The notes below the pieces were generated by a model, which saw only the letters and a program-made list of their open reading frames with translations, did not search any database and had not been told where the DNA came from. The position numbers and the translations under genes were made by a program. This document shows positions 58,001 through 64,000 of a stretch of DNA of 64,000 nt, one piece after another. Source of the stretch: a virus (taxonomy: Duplodnaviria > Caudoviricetes); IMG/VR virus record IMGVR_UViG_3300023108_000002. One strand, written 5' to 3'. Positions within the stretch are counted from its first letter, which is position 1, and each line of letters starts with the position of its first letter.

Positions 58001-60682
58001 TCTATTATTCCGGCCGAAGATGTTTCAGATATTTCTTTAGATTCAAATTTAGAACAAGGAGAAGAAGTAGATGCTCAAATCCAGTCTGTAGCAAGCGCTG
58101 AGGTGCGCGAAGATGTTGCTGAAGCGGGAACTGCATCAGAAGATATCTCTGTAGATAACGATGTGGCTGCAGCGTCTAACGCCGATACTGCTGTTGATAA
58201 TAGTTTAGAAATTATACTTTCGACTGATGATAGTTTGGACGACCAACTCACATCTGGGACGGTTACGGATGAAATTTTAGATTCTTCATTAGAACTTTCT
58301 ACAAATTTAGATGATACTACAGATCAAGCAATACTTCAAACACCACCAGTTGATGATACTACAGATCAAGCAATACTTCAAACACCACCAGTTGATGATA
58401 CTACAGATCAAGCAATACTTCAAACACCACCAGTTGATGAAAGCGAAGATCAAGCAATACTTCAAATACCACCAGTTGATGAAAGCGAAGATGTTCAACA
58501 ACCCATTGTAGTTACAGCAGAAACAGATATTAATGAAGATGCAGATTCATTCATAGGTGCAGATATAGCAATAGATGATACAGATTCTTTAGTTACTGCA
58601 AAAGAAGAATCCGTAGACAGTACAGAATCTATAGATGCTGGAGAAGATCCTTCAATTGATACTTCTGTTGTTTCTATTGTTTCTGACGAAACATCAGAAG
58701 ATAATACAATTCCTGTTGTGACAGCTGTGGAAGATGAAGTCGAAGAACCTACAATTTCTACAAAATCTGAAAATGATAGTATTGATTCTGAAATTGTTTC
58801 TTCAGCTCAATCAGAAATTCCTAATGACGAAGCTGATTTTATAGAGACTGGAGTTGACCCCAGTGAAGATCAGAGTTTGGAATTTACTCTTCAAACAGAT
58901 TCTAATGTTGATTTTACTTCACCTCTTCCAGTTTCAGAAGATGATTTAATTCCAGACACTGAAAATATTATTTCGCAACAAGATACAAATATTGACCTTA
59001 CAGATAGTGTGTCTCCTAATATTGACGAACCAACAGATGAGACTGTTCCAGTATTAGCACAAGAAGATGTTAGAACTGATCTTACAGATAGTGTATCTCC
59101 TAATATTGATGAACCAACAGACGAGACTCTTCCAGTATTAGCACAAGAAGATATTAGAACTGATGATAGTGATTTCGTGGAATCGCAAACCGATCTGCGG
59201 CCTGATGAGACAAGTCCAGTTACGGCTCAATTCGATGAGACAATTGATAATGATTCAGCACCAGATTCGCAAACCGATCCACGGCCCGATGAGACAAGCC
59301 CTGTCACAACTCAATTCGATGAGACAATTGATAATGATTCAGCACCAGATTCGCAAGTAGATGATCAGCCCGATGAGACAAGTCCTGTCACAACTCAATT
59401 CGATGAGACAATTGATAATGATTCAGCGCTAGATCCTCAAGTAGATGATCGGCCTGATGAGACAAGTCCAGTTACGGCTCAGTTTGATGAGACAATTGAT
59501 AATGATTCAGCGCTAGATCCCCAAGTAGATGATCGGCCTGATGAGACAAGTCCAGTTACGGCTCAATTTGATGAAAGTTTAGATGATACTGACCCAACTA
59601 TAGTTCAATCTGACCTCATAGAAGAAGATACAATAAATCAAAATGGCGGCGAAAACCTTGAAATAGATGATACAGATATTTCTACTCTAAATGAAACTCC
59701 AGAAATTGATGATACAGATGCTGTTCCAACTGCTGAAAATTCTGTCGAAATAGAAGAAATTGTTTTAGATTCGAGTTCAGAGGTGCCGGTAGATGCGGAT
59801 ATTGATTTATCTGGAATCGAAGATACCGTAACAGATCAGGACACTCCAAATCGTATAAGCGATGATGTAAGTTTGGATGACCCTCTAATATTGGAGCCAT
59901 CAGTAGACGATACAACTGATGATGCTGTTGTATTTTCTAAAAATGACGATACTGTAGATGATGATGCAATAATATCAATTATTGAAACAGATCTTATTGA
60001 TGATACTGAAATAAATTTAGGATTTACTGATGATATTCTAACAGACCAAGACACTCCAACTATCGGGGTGGATGATGAATTAGGAGATGAGGATGTTGTA
60101 TTTGTAACTTCGACAGACGATACGATAGATGATGCTGTTATTGTAGAAACGGTAGTAGATGATACGATAGATGATGCTGTTATTGTAGAAACGGCAGTAG
60201 ACGATACAACTGATGATGCTGTTATTCTAGAAACAGCAGTAGATGATACAAATGATGAACAATTACAAGTAGGTGCAACAACTGATGATACGGCAGATCA
60301 AGAAACTCGGCCGAGACTTAGTGTTACTATAGAAACAGATTCGCAAATAGTTCTTAGATCTGGTACAGATGAAACTGATACCGAAGCATTGGTTTCAGTA
60401 GTTCCAGATGAAGATCCAGTCCAAGCACCAAACATTCCTAAGCCTCCGGCTGAAGAACCTGTAGAAGAACCTCCTATTTCAAAGCCAGGCGAAGATACAT
60501 TACCAGAATTAGCTCCACCGATTAGTGAAGGTTTGGATGATTTTAATAGAGAAAAAGGAATAATTATAATGAGAACTGGAGAAGATAGGTTGTATGCGTT
60601 AACTCCTGTTTTTGATAGCGTAAAAAATAGAAATATTGGTCCGTTTATTGATAGACGCGATTCAGATAGATATTTTGGATAA
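55049..60682 (+). CDS. very acidic, repeat-rich giant protein (about 1,877 aa)
   Basis: ATG 55049 after the terminator; D/E/T/S-dominated; many internal 14- and 28-aa repeats. Confidence 0.85.
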   Translation: MSVVNIFLFRDIVKVKIGIGSPSNPGTPTDGQEISEGNITYVYNASTTNWDITTKTNQVFVSGLSSAITINFSAGDIIKNGNSVGTSTTVDNGDTVRLSVTSPVLNTVNNYTFTADSTTLEFNVELNDPVTANYDVEKAETISNNDDLEKEDENVNLISGATENLFQNIAKQTQTTERDALIVKDTIEKYVQERVGSNLLEPDFADIDIITEIAKLEGINLEFIADIETITLRDFILAYLQDTELKTLEYTPTEETVEEKSQESIEEEETLQTSETEKSEVLETISTTDASLLETSDSDSLLETNLIEDSETITSLETASAEITEIISAKDAEINNVTDTIETTQTSTFEDIEEISSQETSTLEETETITTSETDKAEETEFVSFTETSTLEETESTSFTETSTLEETESTSITETSTLEETESTSITETSTLEEVEDVSFTNIEADEVLEQANLLEQIKNELQELTETKQSEILSELENIFLNNLENFSEQITVDFISQNLADILEKENLSVPEFNSFEELQQFLQNELDSTTEITSLRQLNLGEIDEIISVSLQETFTDSVVDSLLDTPINEIIDSVEFADPNILNEIETFIETNFPQASIEETTTFIEPRESSNEAETVEAQEKITGATELVSGVDDTDDSSVSSAVSTDTSVEDSSLENAANPDQTEDFIPVSGVSETTIPETETSESEDSYEFEKFSDEEINEVKEIETTSTDEINDTRELESSTPDESENLRELDFGSDSDVVETQEKITGAVELVSGSDDTEDSSQPTAVSTEGTEDSSQPTAVSTEGTEDSSQPTAVSTEGTEDFIQPPSIGSEETEEESQKTDISTSETIDSGLISVVGSDGIVEDSQKTINNSDDAVDTVQTSVIASEDEEEDSQQITVNSNDAVDTSQIIVVASEDEEEDSQQITVNSNDAVDTVQTSVIASEDEEEDSQQITVNSNDAVDTVQTSVIASEDEEEAAQITTISSNSIDISEIESIIPAEDVSDISLDSNLEQGEEVDAQIQSVASAEVREDVAEAGTASEDISVDNDVAAASNADTAVDNSLEIILSTDDSLDDQLTSGTVTDEILDSSLELSTNLDDTTDQAILQTPPVDDTTDQAILQTPPVDDTTDQAILQTPPVDESEDQAILQIPPVDESEDVQQPIVVTAETDINEDADSFIGADIAIDDTDSLVTAKEESVDSTESIDAGEDPSIDTSVVSIVSDETSEDNTIPVVTAVEDEVEEPTISTKSENDSIDSEIVSSAQSEIPNDEADFIETGVDPSEDQSLEFTLQTDSNVDFTSPLPVSEDDLIPDTENIISQQDTNIDLTDSVSPNIDEPTDETVPVLAQEDVRTDLTDSVSPNIDEPTDETLPVLAQEDIRTDDSDFVESQTDLRPDETSPVTAQFDETIDNDSAPDSQTDPRPDETSPVTTQFDETIDNDSAPDSQVDDQPDETSPVTTQFDETIDNDSALDPQVDDRPDETSPVTAQFDETIDNDSALDPQVDDRPDETSPVTAQFDESLDDTDPTIVQSDLIEEDTINQNGGENLEIDDTDISTLNETPEIDDTDAVPTAENSVEIEEIVLDSSSEVPVDADIDLSGIEDTVTDQDTPNRISDDVSLDDPLILEPSVDDTTDDAVVFSKNDDTVDDDAIISIIETDLIDDTEINLGFTDDILTDQDTPTIGVDDELGDEDVVFVTSTDDTIDDAVIVETVVDDTIDDAVIVETAVDDTTDDAVILETAVDDTNDEQLQVGATTDDTADQETRPRLSVTIETDSQIVLRSGTDETDTEALVSVVPDEDPVQAPNIPKPPAEEPVEEPPISKPGEDTLPELAPPISEGLDDFNREKGIIIMRTGEDRLYALTPVFDSVKNRNIGPFIDRRDSDRYFG
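56198..56365 (+). repeat. 4 x 42-nt coding tandem repeat (SFTETSTLEETEST)
   Basis: Visible in DNA and protein. Confidence 0.9.
57346..57485 (+). repeat. about 3 x 42-nt coding tandem repeat (GTEDSSQPTAVSTE)
   Basis: CACTGAAGATTCATCACAACCAACTGCTGTATCTACTGAAGG repeated. Confidence 0.9.
57630..57945 (+). repeat. about 4 x 84-nt coding tandem repeat (NSNDAVDTVQTSVIASEDEEEDSQQITV)
   Basis: Visible in DNA and protein; ends approximate. Confidence 0.88.
58310..58495 (+). repeat. about 4 x 42-nt coding tandem repeat (DDTTDQAILQTPPV)
   Basis: GATGATACTACAGATCAAGCAATACTTCAAACACCACCAGTT repeated. Confidence 0.9.
59197..59580 (+). repeat. about 5 x 84-nt coding tandem repeat (RPDETSPVTAQFDETIDNDSAPDSQTDP)
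   Basis: Five PDETSPVT copies at 28-aa spacing. Confidence 0.9.
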
Positions 60683-60688
60683 TTAATA

Positions 60689-63600
60689 ATGCCTCAGGTA
60701 CAAATACGTGGCGGAACAAAAGTTCAAGCCAGAACAAGAAGGATAGATAATATAATTTTCGATTCTGTGGCCGAAGTTACGGTGCAGTATGTAAATTATT
60801 ATTATGATGAGTCAAAAGAAAAAAATATTGCCCTTGAAAAGTTAAGAACCTCAATCACATTTGAAACTATCACTTCAAAGTTAGAATATAATCATTTAGA
60901 ATTAGATTTTTTAGAAGGAACCACTAGTCCATATGTTCCAATTGGTACAGAAAGTATGGAAAAATTTGCAACCGTTTCTGCGCCCCCTATAGATTATGTG
61001 GCAATACATAATGAATTTTTGCCAGGAAAGTTTGTAAGTTCTAAAAATCATAGAGAAAGATTTTCTGGAGATGATTCTAGCAGATTTGTTGTGCTTGATG
61101 ATAATTTTAGAAAAACTGCTACTATGCCATTACGGCACGTACACACTTTAAATAATCCTAATGATTCTGGGCCGGGGGATGCGTTTCATTTTTCCATTTT
61201 ATCTAGAAATATACTTACAGAAAATCCCAAGGTTAGAGTTAGTGTTTACAGAAGCACTTTGGAGTATGAAGATGCAATTGAAAATTTGGATGAATTTCAA
61301 AGAGGCTTGTCGTCTGTATTCGTTCAAAGCTTTGATTATTCGATTGAGGGTGTTGGATGGAATAGATTTGTAATAAATTTAAGAACTTTAAACATACCTA
61401 TTGGTAACTGCTTGTTGTGGTTTGTTATTGAAAGATTGCCAATTATAATTGAAAATCCATTTGATATTCCTTCTGGAGAATATAATGAATCATTTAATGA
61501 AACTAATATACAAATAGAAACTATCGTTGATGATAATTCTGAAACTAAAATTTATAGATTTTTAAGTTCTATAGATGATTGGATTGATAATGACACATTA
61601 ACAACTAGGCCCTTTTCTATTCAAATAAATGGAGTCGATTTAACTTTAGATGTTGATTTTTCATATCAATTATTTAAACATAGAGAAACTATACGAAAAT
61701 TAGAAATAACATTTTCTGACGATGTTCTTCCATTAACTCAGGAAGGCGAACTTTCATCTTTCTCAGGAGTTCTTACAGTTGAGCCTAGAACAACAGGTGT
61801 TAATTCTTATGCTATTTTATCGAATTGGTATAAATTTTCACACGGCGCAATTTTTACCGATGGCAGCGCGATATATCCATCTATACCTTCTGAAATTGAT
61901 TCGTGGCAAGTTAACGCGGATGACGCGATTTCATATACCAGAAACAGTCGGTCTTATATTGGATTTGTTTCTCCTGACCCAATCGAGTCTTATGAACTAG
62001 AAACTCAAGTTTCTTCGACAGGAAGAGATGATGATGCTATAGGTGTTGTGATTGGTTTTGCGAAAGATGAGGATTATGAATATACATTAAGTGCTGTTAG
62101 AGTTCATGGTGGTATGTTTGGTGGAGTAACTTGGATGTTGGCTACAAACATAGCACAAACAATATCATTTAATGGTAGAACTATATCTGATAAAATTTCT
62201 AGTCATAGATGGTATCTTAGAACACCAGCCGGAGAAATAGATTATGAAACAATCCCTAATATTGGAAGAAATTGGAGCAATACTCCAACAGGAGCAAAAA
62301 TAAAAATTAGAAAAGAGGGAAATATTATAAAGGCATGGACAAGCCAGATGAATTCTGATGTAATTGACCCTGCAAGTTTAATTGAAATTGATCTTAATGA
62401 ATATGAAGATACTAAAAAATTCATTAACTCTCGATTTGGATTCTCTACTTATTCACAATCAAATTCAAAATTTACTAATATATCTTTTTCTCCTATCATT
62501 GGAGAAACGAACTTAGAAGATATAAAGGCCGGAGAATTATTTGTTGGGGGATTTGCTACTGAGATTGCTTCCACTGAAGTCAAAAATTTAAATCCAAAGG
62601 CAAATCATGAATTTATAGATTCAATTACAGCCGAAAGATTTATCATAGATGGGCCAAAAGTTGCGAAAGAAAAATTTAACTTTATAACATTTGAACTAAC
62701 TTCAGCAATAGACACTGATTCTGAAAATTTCATAGATTTAATTAAACCAAGTCTATATGCTGGAACTATACTTGATTATACTAATATTAGTATGCTTTTA
62801 AAAACTAAAAAACTTACATTTACACACAATCCTTTTACTGGATTTAGAATTGATTATCTCACCGAAAACATTGATTCTCAATTAGTGTCAGGCGAAAGTT
62901 TAGTTGATATATTAAATAGATATATTTCTCCTACGAACGACTTATTTGCTGCTCAAAAATTAGTAGAAATCATCGAAGGAAAAGACGCAGCGAAAAGATA
63001 TGTTGAGTTTATATCTTCTGAAATGAGTCAAAATATTATACAAAATATTTCAGGAGAATTTACATCAACAGGAGTTTCTATAGAAAATATTTCTAGTGAA
63101 TTTGCTATATCTCAAAATATAAGTAAAAAAATAATAGAAGTAGGATATGCTGGAATAAAATATGAATTCTCATACGATCCTATCGATAGAGTGCAAAATT
63201 TAGATTCTATTACTAAAGAATTAAATCTTTCAGAATTTATTTCTATTTCTGATATCGCTTCTATTCAAAATTATGGAAGAGAATTAAATAGAGCAGTAGA
63301 TATTTTAAAAGAACAAGATCTTGTTATGGATATACAATCTGGATTGTATTATTTCGAACCCCAAGATTATTTAAATGATATTACAAAATCTATGTATTTT
63401 GGTAAACCAAAAGATAGCATTATTCCTATCAATTATGGTTTCCAAAAATATACAGATTCTACAGAAAAATACAAAAAATATATTGAATTATCGAAAGACA
63501 TTCTATTTGAGTTTGAGCCCTTTGCAGAAAACCCAATAGATATTTTATTCAATTCTGAACTCTTTATTGAAAAACCAAAAGATATAGAATATGATACTCT

Positions 63601-64000
63601 TTGGATGAATGCTCCATCCGATATAGTTTTAAACACAGAACTATTTTATGAAAATCTAAAAACAATAAATTTATCAAATTTGGAATTTAATGAAATTCTT
63701 AAAACGGTTGATATTTCACAAAAAGATTTTTATGAAGAATTAAAACTTGGAAATATTACACAGAAAGATTTTTATGAAATTGTAAAATCTATTTTTGAAA
63801 AAGAAAAAGTTTTCTATGAAATTCCAAGAAACATAATTCTTGGAGACAAAACATGGAACGAAAAAATAAAAATTATAGAAATTAATTATCCAAAAACTTC
63901 TTTTTTTGAACGAGCAAAAGATATTAGATTTGACGCCAAACCATTCTATACAGAGACTTTAAGTAAAACATACATTAATAAAATATTTTTCGTAGATATG
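60689..64000 (+). CDS. large hypothetical protein (partial, runs off the window; absent from the ORF track) with a lectin/TSP-C-like segment
   Basis: ATG 60689 (MPQVQIRGG...); frame checked in long stretches and open to the window end (1,104 codons); NSRSYIGFVS...ST..DDDAIGVVIGF segment. Confidence 0.8.
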   Translation, partial: MPQVQIRGGTKVQARTRRIDNIIFDSVAEVTVQYVNYYYDESKEKNIALEKLRTSITFETITSKLEYNHLELDFLEGTTSPYVPIGTESMEKFATVSAPPIDYVAIHNEFLPGKFVSSKNHRERFSGDDSSRFVVLDDNFRKTATMPLRHVHTLNNPNDSGPGDAFHFSILSRNILTENPKVRVSVYRSTLEYEDAIENLDEFQRGLSSVFVQSFDYSIEGVGWNRFVINLRTLNIPIGNCLLWFVIERLPIIIENPFDIPSGEYNESFNETNIQIETIVDDNSETKIYRFLSSIDDWIDNDTLTTRPFSIQINGVDLTLDVDFSYQLFKHRETIRKLEITFSDDVLPLTQEGELSSFSGVLTVEPRTTGVNSYAILSNWYKFSHGAIFTDGSAIYPSIPSEIDSWQVNADDAISYTRNSRSYIGFVSPDPIESYELETQVSSTGRDDDAIGVVIGFAKDEDYEYTLSAVRVHGGMFGGVTWMLATNIAQTISFNGRTISDKISSHRWYLRTPAGEIDYETIPNIGRNWSNTPTGAKIKIRKEGNIIKAWTSQMNSDVIDPASLIEIDLNEYEDTKKFINSRFGFSTYSQSNSKFTNISFSPIIGETNLEDIKAGELFVGGFATEIASTEVKNLNPKANHEFIDSITAERFIIDGPKVAKEKFNFITFELTSAIDTDSENFIDLIKPSLYAGTILDYTNISMLLKTKKLTFTHNPFTGFRIDYLTENIDSQLVSGESLVDILNRYISPTNDLFAAQKLVEIIEGKDAAKRYVEFISSEMSQNIIQNISGEFTSTGVSIENISSEFAISQNISKKIIEVGYAGIKYEFSYDPIDRVQNLDSITKELNLSEFISISDIASIQNYGRELNRAVDILKEQDLVMDIQSGLYYFEPQDYLNDITKSMYFGKPKDSIIPINYGFQKYTDSTEKYKKYIELSKDILFEFEPFAENPIDILFNSELFIEKPKDIEYDTLWMNAPSDIVLNTELFYENLKTINLSNLEFNEILKTVDISQKDFYEELKLGNITQKDFYEIVKSIFEKEKVFYEIPRNIILGDKTWNEKIKIIEINYPKTSFFERAKDIRFDAKPFYTETLSKTYINKIFFVDM

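Noticed and set aside
56198-60250. Tandem repeats considered as a CRISPR array
   Set aside because: Units are contiguous, in-frame, coding and lack unique spacers; no cas operon
43745-64000. Diversity-generating retroelement
   Set aside because: No reverse transcriptase and no template/variable repeat pair visible in this window
1-64000. Introns, inteins, homing endonucleases, transposases or alternative genetic code
   Set aside because: Core genes are uninterrupted under the standard code, and no such motifs were recognised

Overview
A 64-kb, AT-rich piece of a T4-like myovirus genome. Its gene order resembles marine cyanophage/pelagiphage-type T4 relatives. An alphaproteobacterial host is inferred from a circularly permuted two-piece tmRNA (tag ANDNFAPSEFALAA) and a DUF1127 gene. 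Positions 1-10.4 kb hold tRNA-Thr/Leu, a Mom-like DNA-modification gene, an M15 endolysin, tmRNA, phoH, an exonuclease, gp33, gp59, gp32 and small accessory genes. Positions 10.4-16.1 kb (minus strand) hold the tape-measure-like gene, gp51/gp26, gp54, gp2 and gp4. Positions 16.2-44 kb (plus strand) hold gp48, gp53, hub, gp5, gp25, gp6, gp7, gp8, a DUF4815/VrlC-like protein and fibre genes. Positions 44-64 kb hold three tandem paralogues of an unrecognised large-protein family, a 1,877-aa acidic protein with a 14-residue period, and a long ORF running off the end. Main observations: (1) a window-wide rule that CCWGG and CCGG occur almost only when overlapped by GpC, which suggests a GC/GCC-specific methylation shield against restriction; (2) a likely -1 frameshift fusing gp26 to gp51 upstream of the tape-measure gene; (3) the paralogue triplet with a conserved scaffold and variable inserts; (4) the 14-aa-period acidic protein; (5) the two-piece tmRNA. 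All family calls are by motif recognition, with no database search. All counts are by-eye tallies.
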